A stretch of DNA of 64,000 nt. Source: a virus. Its lineage: Duplodnaviria; Caudoviricetes. The position numbers were made by a program, and so were the translations under genes. Positions 27,293 to 37,602 of this stretch are shown here, in pieces (within the stretch, counting starts at the first letter, position 1; every line of letters starts with the position of its first letter). Under the pieces are notes generated by a model, which was not told the origin of the DNA, made no database searches, and saw only the letters and a program-made list of their open reading frames with translations. The stretch lies in IMG/VR virus record IMGVR_UViG_3300028840_001835. One strand, 5' to 3'.

Positions 27293-29047
27293 ATGTATAT
27301 CAAATTCGATACCCTCAGGTTTAAAAACGTAAATTCTTACGGAAATACATTAACCACATTTGATTTCAAAAAAGGGATAAACTCTATCTCTGGAGAAAAT
27401 GGCCAAGGTAAATCATCCATTCTTGAAGCCTTATGTTTCTGTTTATTTGGAGTTCCATATCGAAAGGTCAGGATCAAGGAAATAATAAATCGAACCAATA
27501 GGCGTGGTTTATTTACACAGGTCACATTCTCAATAAGGAATGAAAGATATCAGATCACTAGATGCCTGAATCCATATTCATTCGACATACAGAAGAATGG
27601 AGAGTCCCTTGAACTTTTATCCACAAAAAGATTGACGCAAGAAGAGGTCGACAAATTACTCGGGATTGATGTGACCTTATTTAGGCAGATCATCTCACTA
27701 GCCATAAACGCAAACAAGCCTTTTCTATCATTGTCTGCAAAAGAGAAACGGGACATAGTTGAAACGATATTCAATATAAAAGTCTTTGGAGTGATGTTAA
27801 AGACCGTTAAGCAGAATATGTCTGGAGTAAAAGGTGACTATGGTATACAACAGAAGACCATTAAAATGCTTGAGACCAATATTCTTGAACTTCGTAAACA
27901 AGTCAAGGATATAGAATATACTGAAGCGAATTTTCAACAGGACAAGGAAAAAGAATTAAAGTTTATAGACAAGAATATAAAATCACTTGAATATAAGATC
28001 AAACAAGGTAATAGTAAAATCGAAAGACTTCAAAAGTCAGAGAAATTCTTTGATGAAAAGAAATTCAAATTTGGACCTAATGATAGACAGAGAGTCGCGG
28101 AGGAGATTGGTAAACTGGAGTATAAAATACGAAAGGGTAAAAAGGATCTGAAGTTCTTTGAGACAAACGATAGTTGCCCCGTGTGTTTAGCAAGTCTGAA
28201 GGACGGAACGGTCAAGGATGATCATATTAATAGAATAACCGCAAGGGTCAAAAACGATGAGGGCGTTCTTGCTCTCAAATTAAAAGAAAAGAAATCCATC
28301 GAGGATAGTATTGATCTTAAAAAGAGAAATGAAGAAAAGATCAATTCAATAAAGGAACAAATAAAGATTGAGAATGAAAAACTCAAAATGAATACTGAGC
28401 AGATGGAGAACTATAAAAAGACCCGAGTGCAGACAGAAGCCAAACAATTTACATTTGACATTGACAAGATTCGTGCACTATACGAGTCTAAGAAGAAGGA
28501 GTATAAAACTACCTTCAAGAAAACAACCGAGCTATCCAAAGAGCTTACTATGTTTGAGACCATTTGTAACATACTCGGTACGGAGGGAATAAAATCTCAT
28601 TTCTTCGCCAAGTTAATTCCGATACTCAATCAAAAGATAAACGAATATCTGACAACATTTGATTTACCAATATCCCTTACCTTCAATGAATTTATGGAGG
28701 AAAAGATATATGTATTTGGTGAAAAGTTTCAGGAGATTCCATATCTCGCATTTAGTGAAGGTGAAAAGAAAAGGATTGACATCGCCATTCTTTTATCATT
28801 CATAGAGACAACGAAGGTTATTAGTAACTGGAGTTCCAATGTACTTATATTTGATGAGATATTTGATGGAAGTACAGATGCTCAGGCGATAAACAAGATC
28901 ATGGAATCCATTAAAGATATGTACTTTCAAGATCCCAACCTTTGTTTATATATAATGTCACATAGAACACTTGAATTAAGTTTTCATAACAAATATGTAG
29001 CAAAGAAGGTCGGAGGTTTCTCCAGCATAGTCAAAGAGGCCGATTAA
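27293..29047 (+). CDS. gp46: Recombination endonuclease ATPase subunit gp46 (SbcC/Rad50-like)
   Basis: GENGQGKS, CPVC hook, FSEGEKKRIDIA signature, IFDE Walker B. Confidence 0.93.
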   Translation: MYIKFDTLRFKNVNSYGNTLTTFDFKKGINSISGENGQGKSSILEALCFCLFGVPYRKVRIKEIINRTNRRGLFTQVTFSIRNERYQITRCLNPYSFDIQKNGESLELLSTKRLTQEEVDKLLGIDVTLFRQIISLAINANKPFLSLSAKEKRDIVETIFNIKVFGVMLKTVKQNMSGVKGDYGIQQKTIKMLETNILELRKQVKDIEYTEANFQQDKEKELKFIDKNIKSLEYKIKQGNSKIERLQKSEKFFDEKKFKFGPNDRQRVAEEIGKLEYKIRKGKKDLKFFETNDSCPVCLASLKDGTVKDDHINRITARVKNDEGVLALKLKEKKSIEDSIDLKKRNEEKINSIKEQIKIENEKLKMNTEQMENYKKTRVQTEAKQFTFDIDKIRALYESKKKEYKTTFKKTTELSKELTMFETICNILGTEGIKSHFFAKLIPILNQKINEYLTTFDLPISLTFNEFMEEKIYVFGEKFQEIPYLAFSEGEKKRIDIAILLSFIETTKVISNWSSNVLIFDEIFDGSTDAQAINKIMESIKDMYFQDPNLCLYIMSHRTLELSFHNKYVAKKVGGFSSIVKEAD

Positions 29048-29128
29048 TGGGTTTAATCCAAAAATGCGACCCAATCTGTAGCATGTTTATTATATTTAAT
29101 ATATGTCCTTTGTAACAGAGGAGGATAT

Positions 29129-29590
29129 ATGGCAAAGAGTAAGCACTATGTAAATAATGAGGAATTTTATGAATTACTAAAACAATACAATATAGAAAAC
29201 ACAATACTAAAAGAAGCTAAAAAGACCAAGTCTCCAGATGAGATTAGAATGATCGCAAATCGAGTAGCAAAGGTCAAAAATGAAATTGGTCAAATATTCG
29301 TAAAGATAGGGACAGGGATACTTACAAAACCCAACTTTATAAATTACACCCGAGATTGGAAAGGTGAGATGTTATCTGATGCCACGTTTTATATGAGTAA
29401 GTATATTGATAGGTATGATATAAGTAAGACAAACCCATTTTCTTATTTCACAACAATTGCACATCATGCGTTTCTTCAATATATAAACAAGCAAAACAAA
29501 TACTCGGACAAATTTCAACCACTTTCATATATAGAAAATATGCACGTCCAAAACAATCAAGCGATTGAGGATATAGAAGATGGATTTTAA
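29129..29590 (+). CDS. gp55: Late sigma factor gp55
   Basis: HYVNNEEF...KPNFINYT..WKGEM.SDA...NPFSYFTTIAHHAFLQYI. Confidence 0.9.
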   Translation: MAKSKHYVNNEEFYELLKQYNIENTILKEAKKTKSPDEIRMIANRVAKVKNEIGQIFVKIGTGILTKPNFINYTRDWKGEMLSDATFYMSKYIDRYDISKTNPFSYFTTIAHHAFLQYINKQNKYSDKFQPLSYIENMHVQNNQAIEDIEDGF

Positions 29591-29948
29591 AGAATATCAA
29601 AAGGAAGCTCGAAAGACCGCCATATACATGAAAGGATTTGAGAAGAAAAATCCTGGACTTAAGGAGAGCATATATCGAATAGTCGCATTGTCCTATGTAG
29701 CAAACGGTCTTGGCGAAGTCGGTGAGATACAGGGCAAGGTCAAGAAGATAATCCGTGATGATCTTGGGGTCATCACGGACCAGCATAGAAAAGATTTGTC
29801 CAAAGAAATAGGAGATGTTCTCTGGTATGTATCTAATATGTGTACGGAGCTTGATCTTGATCTTGAAGAGGTCGCAAAACAAAATGTTGAAAAATTATTT
29901 GACCGTAAGAAAAGAGGGGTCATACGTGGATCAGGAGATGATAGATAG
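29580..29948 (+). CDS. MazG-like NTP pyrophosphohydrolase
   Basis: GLGEVGEIQGKVKK...KEIGDVLWY...N..KL..RK.RGVI.GSGD.R. Confidence 0.85.
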   Translation: MDFKEYQKEARKTAIYMKGFEKKNPGLKESIYRIVALSYVANGLGEVGEIQGKVKKIIRDDLGVITDQHRKDLSKEIGDVLWYVSNMCTELDLDLEEVAKQNVEKLFDRKKRGVIRGSGDDR

Positions 29949-30228
29949 ATTTAATAAAGCAAAGGATCGTTTTATCGAATTATGTAAGGAGTGTGATGTT
30001 ACCATTCCGTCCATAAAACCCGCCCTGATGACTGATCCTTGTGATGTAACGGATATTAATCAGGTAAGATTGAATGTAGAGAAGATCAAAGATTTTGATA
30101 ATTTTAATACATTTGAATATTATGTCAATCATGTTTTTATCCATTACCTTTGCGAATTAAATGTAACAGATGAAAGTGACCATGTATGTGATTTGATTTG
30201 GGGATGGAAGAAAAGGATATTAAATTGA
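29938..30228 (+). CDS. Hypothetical protein
   Basis: Track ORF 29815-30228; start probably ATG 29938. Confidence 0.5.
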   Translation: MIDRFNKAKDRFIELCKECDVTIPSIKPALMTDPCDVTDINQVRLNVEKIKDFDNFNTFEYYVNHVFIHYLCELNVTDESDHVCDLIWGWKKRILN

Positions 30229-30806
30229 AAAAATATAACATCATATATGCGGATCCGCCCTGGGCATACAATGATAAAATGTCTGGCAATAGGGGTGCGT
30301 GTTATAAGTATGATGTTATGGACATAGAGGAAATTAAAAAGATACCAGTGCAGAATATTGCTGCCGACGATTGCGCCCTATTCATGTGGGCGACAATGCC
30401 TCATTTAAAGAGTGCGTTTAATCTCATGGAGACATGGGGGTTTACATATAAGACTAATGCCTTTACATGGGTGAAGAGGTCAAAGAATGGAAACTGGTTT
30501 ACTGGTTGTGGAAGCTGGACGCGCTCCAATGCGGAGCTTTGCCTCCTTGGTGTGAAGGGTAAGATAAGAAGAAAGAACGCCGATGTAAACTCTGTCATCA
30601 GTGCACGGGTCATGGAGCATAGTAAGAAACCCAACATTGTACGTGACAGGATAGTCAGGTTGATGGGGAATCTCCCAAGAATAGAACTCTTTTCCAGAGA
30701 GAAGATCAAGGGTTGGGATGTATGGGGCAACGAATCAGAGACCAACTTTTGGGATGAATTTACGATCAAGAGAAAAGAAAGTAAATTAAAAGGATTTTTA
30801 AAATGA
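30225..30806 (+). CDS. MT-A70 family N6-adenine methyltransferase
   Basis: IYADPPW, LFMWAT, WGF.YKT, HSKKP, RIELFSR; likely TTG start at 30225. Confidence 0.88.
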   Translation: MKKYNIIYADPPWAYNDKMSGNRGACYKYDVMDIEEIKKIPVQNIAADDCALFMWATMPHLKSAFNLMETWGFTYKTNAFTWVKRSKNGNWFTGCGSWTRSNAELCLLGVKGKIRRKNADVNSVISARVMEHSKKPNIVRDRIVRLMGNLPRIELFSREKIKGWDVWGNESETNFWDEFTIKRKESKLKGFLK

Positions 30807-31855
30807 ATAAACAGATCGCACTTATAGGCGACACCCACTTTGGTATATACAAGTCGTCCCAGATATTTCTGGATTCACAATTAAGATTCTTTAGGGAGTG
30901 TCTTATACCTCATTGTAAGATGAATGGAATTTCAACTATTGTTCATGCGGGTGACTTTTTTGATAATAGAAATAACATAAACATCAAAGTTTTAAATGAG
31001 GTGCATAAACTTCTAACAGAGGATCTAAAAGATTTTGAATTGTACATATTGGTTGGCAACCATGACACATTCTTTAAATCTTCAATAGAGACTCACTCCT
31101 TAAAACTAATTGGTGAGATGCCCAATATTAATGTAATTGATAATATACAATTACATAACAATAATGAGTTTAGAAGATCAATCTTGTTTGTTCCGTGGCA
31201 AACAGATCATGAGAGATTTAAAAAGAAAGTTGCAGATCAAAATATACATTGTGATATATGTATAGGTCATTTTGAGACCGCGGGATTCTTTTTAAACTCG
31301 GCAAAGGTATGTGAGGAGGGGTTATCTCCTGAATTGTTTTTCAACAATTATACTCTCACAATGTCTGGACATTTTCATCGGAGAAGTAACAAGAAATATA
31401 ATGATAGTATAATTCAATATTTTGGAAATCCATATCATCTCACTAGGCATGATATAGATTCTGATAGAGGATTCTGTGTTCTTGATCTGGAGACGCTTGA
31501 ATATCACTTCGTGAATAACGATATATCGATCCGATTTGAGAGATTATATTATCCAGAGGATTTTGATGTAAATAAGATTAGAGGAAATATAGTCGATATT
31601 CATGTGAATATTAATGAGGACTATGATGAAAAAGAATTTCAGGATTATCTCTCGACAGTTGAGTCCTATCGACCCGCCTTTCCCGCAAATGTGAAGATTG
31701 AAAATAATTTCAGTATGTCCACAAGCGGCGATTATAAGGTGCAGACGGTTCCAGAATTGATAAATGAGTATGTCGGTGATCTAGACATCAAATATAAAAA
31801 AGAGATCACGCAAAAGATTATTGATTTATATAACGAATGTAAATCCAACATATAG
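30803..31855 (+). CDS. gp47: Recombination endonuclease subunit gp47 (SbcD/Mre11-like)
   Basis: GDTHFG, GDFFD, GNHD, GHFE, SGHFH. Confidence 0.92.
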   Translation: MNKQIALIGDTHFGIYKSSQIFLDSQLRFFRECLIPHCKMNGISTIVHAGDFFDNRNNINIKVLNEVHKLLTEDLKDFELYILVGNHDTFFKSSIETHSLKLIGEMPNINVIDNIQLHNNNEFRRSILFVPWQTDHERFKKKVADQNIHCDICIGHFETAGFFLNSAKVCEEGLSPELFFNNYTLTMSGHFHRRSNKKYNDSIIQYFGNPYHLTRHDIDSDRGFCVLDLETLEYHFVNNDISIRFERLYYPEDFDVNKIRGNIVDIHVNINEDYDEKEFQDYLSTVESYRPAFPANVKIENNFSMSTSGDYKVQTVPELINEYVGDLDIKYKKEITQKIIDLYNECKSNI

Positions 31856-31866
31856 GGGATATGTAT

Positions 31867-33237
31867 ATGACTGATGATTTGAAATCATTTGAAGAACAAT
31901 TGAAACAACAGATAACTGGAGCAAAGCCGAAAGAGGAGAACTCCTTAAAGTCATTTGAAGATCAATTGAAGAAACAAATAAAAGGAGAGAATCCAAGTAA
32001 TCTAAAAGAATTTGAGGAGCAGCTCAAGGCAGCAGCGACAAAAGGAGTTCCTGGACAACCAATGACAGCGGGCGGGCCAACGGGAACTAAGCAGATCAAA
32101 GTACAGAAGAACATATTGATCTCATTTGTATCAGATGCCACGGGTTGTGGACATATTAGAAATGTGTTTCCAATGCAGTTTCTAAATTCCATATTCGCAA
32201 AACAGGGTATGTTGAATACTATAATAACTCCGTTCTTTCTCACACAGCAAGAACTATTGGCAAGAGCACGAATGTTGTTCTTTCAAAGACAGATGACTCA
32301 ACAACACTATAATACATTGAGTGTATATAAGAAATTTCAACCCAACCTGAAGTATACAATGGCATGGGACATGGATGATATGATTTGGGGTCTCAATGAG
32401 GAGCAGGGTGGAACAAAGGAACATGGTGTTCCTACATATAACTTCGGTTCAAAGAACATAACCAAGGAGGTCAAGAAATGGTCAATCCGGGTGATGGAAC
32501 TTATGGATGTATGTACATTTAGTACACAGTTTCTTGCTGACTATGCTAAGAATGAATTGAAGGTCAAGGCCCCGTGCGTGGTTGTACCAAATTCCGTATC
32601 TCAATTCTTTTGGGGCGAGGATCTTAGACCAATGCCAACGGCAGAGGAACTAAAGAAACCGCGGGTGATATATACAGGCTCACCGACTCACTATCACAAT
32701 CAGAGAAAGAAATTAGGTGATTGGGATAACGCCTGGAGAGCATGGGTCACCGAGTCCGTCAAGGAGGATAAGATACATTTTATTTGTCTTGGTGGGCTAC
32801 CATGGTTCTTTGAAAATATAAAGGATAAGATTCAGATCGAGCAATGGGTGGACTCGTTCAGATATCATACATTGGTCAAGAGGTGCAAGGCCCATATCGG
32901 TGTTATGCCTCTGGTACCAAATGATTTCAACTATAGTAAATCTGACATCAAGTACATCGAGCATTGTGCAGACGGGGTCCCTGCAATCGGGACAGTCTTT
33001 GAAAACGGAAAGCCATCACCCTATGATGACATTGAATTGAAGGTACCCAATACATGCACCGTAGAGGATATTAATAAAATTGTTGATGAACTTAAAGATC
33101 CTGAATATTATAAATCAGTTCGTGATACTCAGAGAAAGAAATTGGATGATGATGGAAGATGGCTTGAGTCGATTCAGTATGTGAATTATTGGAAAAATCT
33201 TTTACAAAATCCAAAATTCTCACCCATCAAAAAATAA
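31867..33237 (+). CDS. Glycosyltransferase-like protein (GT-B-like)
   Basis: SD.TGCGHIR..FP, WDMDD, FNYSKSDIKYIE..A.GVPAI; three N-terminal LK.FEEQL repeats. Confidence 0.65.
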   Translation: MTDDLKSFEEQLKQQITGAKPKEENSLKSFEDQLKKQIKGENPSNLKEFEEQLKAAATKGVPGQPMTAGGPTGTKQIKVQKNILISFVSDATGCGHIRNVFPMQFLNSIFAKQGMLNTIITPFFLTQQELLARARMLFFQRQMTQQHYNTLSVYKKFQPNLKYTMAWDMDDMIWGLNEEQGGTKEHGVPTYNFGSKNITKEVKKWSIRVMELMDVCTFSTQFLADYAKNELKVKAPCVVVPNSVSQFFWGEDLRPMPTAEELKKPRVIYTGSPTHYHNQRKKLGDWDNAWRAWVTESVKEDKIHFICLGGLPWFFENIKDKIQIEQWVDSFRYHTLVKRCKAHIGVMPLVPNDFNYSKSDIKYIEHCADGVPAIGTVFENGKPSPYDDIELKVPNTCTVEDINKIVDELKDPEYYKSVRDTQRKKLDDDGRWLESIQYVNYWKNLLQNPKFSPIKK

Positions 33238-33283
33238 CTTTAATAAATTTCTTTTCAAAGAATCTTTATTGAAAGGAAATTCA

Positions 33284-34207
33284 ATGAAAACTATAACCAA
33301 ATCGGACGTAGAAAAAGTCCAGAAAAAGATACCCTTCAGGAAGGATCTAAAGATCCTGAGTATAAGTCATTTTGGATGTATGGACGGAACAATATCCACA
33401 ATTCCATTATATAATGTGTTCAGGAACACGACCTTTATGAAGGCGAAGTACGGCAACATAGACGAGATCGTGAGGGGGATCGACTCAGAGAAGTTCGACA
33501 TGGTGATCCTTACCGATATATCGCCGCAAGATCCGGCGCTACTTGATCTTCATGATAACCTGGTGTTGATCGATCATCATGACACGGTGTCCGCCTGCCA
33601 CGACCCAGACAACATGAGATTTGTCTATCAAGATGAATGTGGTGGGACATTGACAAAGAAGTTCGTGAGCATGTATGCAGATGTCGATCTTGGTTACCTT
33701 GATGAGCTAACGCGGCTTGGGCAAGATTATGATCTATGGAATCTGGAGGACCCTCAGAGTCGAGAGTTGAATGAATTACATTTCAACTATTGGGAGGATG
33801 ATTTCGTAAAGCGATTTAAGAATGGTGACACCAAATTCACGAAAAAGGAAAAGGAATATATCGAATCAAAGAAGCAAGAATTTAATCTTGTATATGCCAA
33901 TCTTAATATGTGGGACATTGAAAATATCAATGCGTGTTTTGTTCTTGAAAACAAATTTGTTAATGAGGTGTGCACCAAGCTAATGGACGAGAAAGGGTAT
34001 GATCTTATAATATGTAAAAACCCAGCGAACTCGACATGCTCATTCAGAAGTAAACACCCCGATATACATATCGGTAACATACTTCAGGAGCTTGGGTTTG
34101 GAGGAGGTCATGCCAACTCAGGAGGTATGGCAGAAGAGGACATTATTAAATTTCAAGAAAAGATTGGCGAACTTGTAAATCATATTGAGAAAAACTATTA
34201 TAACTAA
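33284..34207 (+). CDS. DHH/DHHA1 phosphoesterase
   Basis: H...DG, TDIS, IDHH, GGGH. Confidence 0.85.
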   Translation: MKTITKSDVEKVQKKIPFRKDLKILSISHFGCMDGTISTIPLYNVFRNTTFMKAKYGNIDEIVRGIDSEKFDMVILTDISPQDPALLDLHDNLVLIDHHDTVSACHDPDNMRFVYQDECGGTLTKKFVSMYADVDLGYLDELTRLGQDYDLWNLEDPQSRELNELHFNYWEDDFVKRFKNGDTKFTKKEKEYIESKKQEFNLVYANLNMWDIENINACFVLENKFVNEVCTKLMDEKGYDLIICKNPANSTCSFRSKHPDIHIGNILQELGFGGGHANSGGMAEEDIIKFQEKIGELVNHIEKNYYN

Positions 34208-34216
34208 GGAGATAAG

Positions 34217-34597
34217 ATGAAAGGGTACGGAAAAGAATTAATATTGGATATACATGAATGTGATGTATCCAAATTTAATAAAAAAGATATTGAAAAATAT
34301 CTCAAGGAGCTCTGTGAACTTATCGACATGGTACGAGAGGATCTTCATTGGTGGGAATATTCTCCAGAAACTCTTTCCCAAGAGGAGTATGATAAACTTC
34401 CACCTCACTTAAAAGGAGTTTCATGTTGTCAGTTCATACAAACCAGTAATATTGTAATTCATACACTTGAAGAATTGAAATGTGTTTATTTCAATATATT
34501 TTCATGTAAGAATTTTAAATCTGGAGACGCAGCAGAATTCACAAAGAAATTCTTTGGAGGCAAGATCGTAAACAAACATACAATATATCGAAAGTAA
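34217..34597 (+). CDS. speD: S-adenosylmethionine decarboxylase proenzyme-like
   Basis: G.ELILDIHEC, GVS...I.TSNIVIHT, YFNIFSC; TS in place of the canonical ES autocleavage site. Confidence 0.7.
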   Translation: MKGYGKELILDIHECDVSKFNKKDIEKYLKELCELIDMVREDLHWWEYSPETLSQEEYDKLPPHLKGVSCCQFIQTSNIVIHTLEELKCVYFNIFSCKNFKSGDAAEFTKKFFGGKIVNKHTIYRK

Positions 34598-34607
34598 GGA
34601 GGTACAT

Positions 34608-34802
34608 ATGCCGTGGCTATTAAATCTATGGGACAAGACAAAAAACGTTGCTCAGTTCATTGATGAATTTTCTGATTTCATTGATGCATTTCTTGAAGCA
34701 ATAAAGGATAAGAAAATCACCAAGGAGGAGAGAAAAGAATTGGTGAAGAAGGCGTTGGACACCGCACTTGAGGTTATCAAAGACTCCGTGAAAAACAAAT
34801 AA
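34608..34802 (+). CDS. Hypothetical protein
   Basis: 64 aa, RBS AGGAGG, coupled to gp43. Confidence 0.6.
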   Translation: MPWLLNLWDKTKNVAQFIDEFSDFIDAFLEAIKDKKITKEERKELVKKALDTALEVIKDSVKNK

Positions 34803-37390
34803 TGTTCAAAAGTGTATATTACGACTTTAAGACCAAGAAGATTCACCTATGGGAAACCTTCAATGGTAAGACAAGTAAGCTAGTTGAGGACTATACATAC
34901 GAGTATTATGCTTCTGATGACTCTGGAACTTCACATATAAGGGATGTATATGGAAATCCAGTAAAGCTCCAGACAACCAGAGATAAGAAACGAATAGAAT
35001 CCCTCAAGGAAGCAGGGGTCAACCTCTGCGAATCTGATCTGCAAGAGTCGATTTGTTTTCTTCAGAAAAGATACAAGGGAGTTGAACTAGACCCCAAGGT
35101 CGAGGATTTTGATATAGCCTATATGGATATTGAGGTTGCGGGAGATGATGAATTTCCAGAACCCGAAAAGGCATTATATCCAATCAATCTAATTACAATC
35201 ATTTCCTCAAAGACGGGCGAGACCCATACATGGGGAACGTCGGAATATACAGGTGATTCTAAACTTGTAAAAAACTATACATACATTCCAGATGAGAAAC
35301 GAATGCTTGAAAACTTCATTCGCTGGATGCGAAAAAGAAAGTTTGATATCATCTCTGGATGGAATGTAGAACAGTTTGATATACAAACCATTCTCAGGCG
35401 CTGTCTTGCGCATGGAATAACAGTGTCCCTTTCGCCAATCAACAAGGTGACATATAAGAACACAGAGAATAAAGGTAAGAAAAACTTTTATTGTAATATT
35501 GCCGGTCTAGTTATACTTGACATGATGAAATTATATAAAAATTTCACCTACGACCAGCTTGCGTCTTATTCATTAAACTTTGTTGCCCTTGAGGAAGAGG
35601 TCGGAGGAAAGCTAGAACTAGAGGGACATATTAATGATGTATATAAGACAGATTGGAATAGATTTGTCGAGTATAATATAGTAGATACACAGCTCTGTGA
35701 AAGAATTGAAAACAAGAAAAAGTTTATTGAATTATCATTGAAGATTGCCTCTCAGTCCCTTATTCCAATTGACAAGGTTTACTCGTCAGTCGCAATAACA
35801 GAGGGATACATGCTAAAACTTCTTCATTCGAAAAACATGGTCATGCCCGATAGAAAGACCGTTAAGACAGATATGTGGAAGGAGTTGGGCTTATGGAAAC
35901 ATGGTGACGAACTTCAAAATGTAAAGTATGAAGATGGTGAAAAAGATTTTGAAGCATTTGCCGTCAAGGGGGCTCATGTTGCTGCAACCCCTGGGCTATA
36001 TAAATCATTAGTTGGCGAGGATATTGAATCCTTGTATCCAAGAACGATTCAGATGTTCAACATTAGTCCAGAGACAAAAGTATTCAATCCGACGGTTGAG
36101 CAAATTGAAAATGAAGATTTAATTAAGTCACCAATCAATGGTGTATATTATAGAAGAAAGAAGGGAGTTCTTCCCGCAGCGGTTGAGAGCGTGTTTACTG
36201 AGAAGCAAGAGTTTGAACGACTTGCTGAAGAGGCAGAGAATAGTGGCGACAAGGAACTTGCCAAGTTTTATAAATCTCAGAGACATATAAGAAAGATTAT
36301 GATCAATGCTATGTATGGGGTGCTCCTTAACAAGTTCTTCCATTTCTATGATGTTGATAATGCCAGAGTCGTGACCCGACATGGTAGAAAAATAATTCAA
36401 TTCATCGCAAGTACAACCAACAAGTATTTTAGAGAGATCGTTCCAAAACTATTGCCAACTTTCTTTCCGGGGTGTCCTGCCATTACCATTGATGAAGATG
36501 TGGTAAAGATTATAGACACTGATTCAAACTACATATGCCTTGATAACATTAAGAAGGCGATTGCCCCTAACATGGGTCTGATTGAATTTGCGACTATAAT
36601 TGAGCAAAACATACTTGAACCTTTTTATGAAAATATACTCGACATATGGGCTAAGAGGTTTGGTACTGAACAGATGATCAATATAAAACGAGAGGGAATT
36701 ATAATCAAGCAGTTCTGTCTAGCCAAGAAGAAATATCTTTCACTGCTCGCTGCTAACAAAGGAGTCGTGTTTAAGAAACCCGAGTTAGAGATTAAGGGCG
36801 TTGAGATAAAGAGAAGTGATACCCCTACATTTTGTCGAGATAAAATTGAGAAGGTGGTGGACTGTCTATTTGAAGGGGAAGACCCAGATAAGGATAAAGT
36901 TATAGCTCTATTAAAATCAATTAAAAAAGAATTCAAGAAACAACGACTACCAGATATAGCCTTTAACAAGGGCGTGTATGGGTTCATGAAGTATTCAGAG
37001 CCAATTGAAAAGACATTGAAACGTGGATTCATCAAGATTAAAAAGAGTACACCGATGCACGTTCGTGCGTCCATGTATTATAACTTCTTAATTGAGGAGA
37101 ACAAACTTGGATACATGAAAGTCTCTGATGGGACAAAAATCAAATACATACATACAAATCCAAAGAACAGGTTCGATACAGACACCATAGCATTCATAGG
37201 CAATTGGCCAACGGAGTTTGATGATATATTTGAGATTGATTATGATTATCAATTTGAGAAATCATTTCTTGGTGTTATTCAAAGGATGTTTGATGTACTT
37301 AATTGGGGAAAGATAAATTTCAGGGCTGGAAGTTTGAATAAATTTCTAAAGTCCAGGAGAAAAAAAGTCCATGGAACCAAAGATAAATGA
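34802..37390 (+). CDS. gp43: Family B DNA polymerase gp43
   Basis: DIE exonuclease motif, GWN, DIESLYP, K...NAMYG, DTDS, KKKY. Confidence 0.95.
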   Translation: MFKSVYYDFKTKKIHLWETFNGKTSKLVEDYTYEYYASDDSGTSHIRDVYGNPVKLQTTRDKKRIESLKEAGVNLCESDLQESICFLQKRYKGVELDPKVEDFDIAYMDIEVAGDDEFPEPEKALYPINLITIISSKTGETHTWGTSEYTGDSKLVKNYTYIPDEKRMLENFIRWMRKRKFDIISGWNVEQFDIQTILRRCLAHGITVSLSPINKVTYKNTENKGKKNFYCNIAGLVILDMMKLYKNFTYDQLASYSLNFVALEEEVGGKLELEGHINDVYKTDWNRFVEYNIVDTQLCERIENKKKFIELSLKIASQSLIPIDKVYSSVAITEGYMLKLLHSKNMVMPDRKTVKTDMWKELGLWKHGDELQNVKYEDGEKDFEAFAVKGAHVAATPGLYKSLVGEDIESLYPRTIQMFNISPETKVFNPTVEQIENEDLIKSPINGVYYRRKKGVLPAAVESVFTEKQEFERLAEEAENSGDKELAKFYKSQRHIRKIMINAMYGVLLNKFFHFYDVDNARVVTRHGRKIIQFIASTTNKYFREIVPKLLPTFFPGCPAITIDEDVVKIIDTDSNYICLDNIKKAIAPNMGLIEFATIIEQNILEPFYENILDIWAKRFGTEQMINIKREGIIIKQFCLAKKKYLSLLAANKGVVFKKPELEIKGVEIKRSDTPTFCRDKIEKVVDCLFEGEDPDKDKVIALLKSIKKEFKKQRLPDIAFNKGVYGFMKYSEPIEKTLKRGFIKIKKSTPMHVRASMYYNFLIEENKLGYMKVSDGTKIKYIHTNPKNRFDTDTIAFIGNWPTEFDDIFEIDYDYQFEKSFLGVIQRMFDVLNWGKINFRAGSLNKFLKSRRKKVHGTKDK

Positions 37391-37601
37391 ACTGGAAATT
37401 ACTAAGTTAAGATTGGAGCCAGATGATGTATTGGTTGTTAGGGTTCATGGTAATTGTATAACAAAAAACAATCTACATCAAGTTCAGAAACAGTTTGCTG
37501 CGTTATTAAAAACCAACAATATTGTTGCCGTGTCTGAGGCCATTAGTCTTTGTGTTATTCAGAAGCCAATTTCGATTAAACCAGAACATATAGGAGTGTA
37601 G
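37371..37601 (+). CDS. Hypothetical protein
   Basis: 76-aa ORF in operon context. Confidence 0.55.
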   Translation: MEPKINELEITKLRLEPDDVLVVRVHGNCITKNNLHQVQKQFAALLKTNNIVAVSEAISLCVIQKPISIKPEHIGV

Positions 37602-37602
37602 G

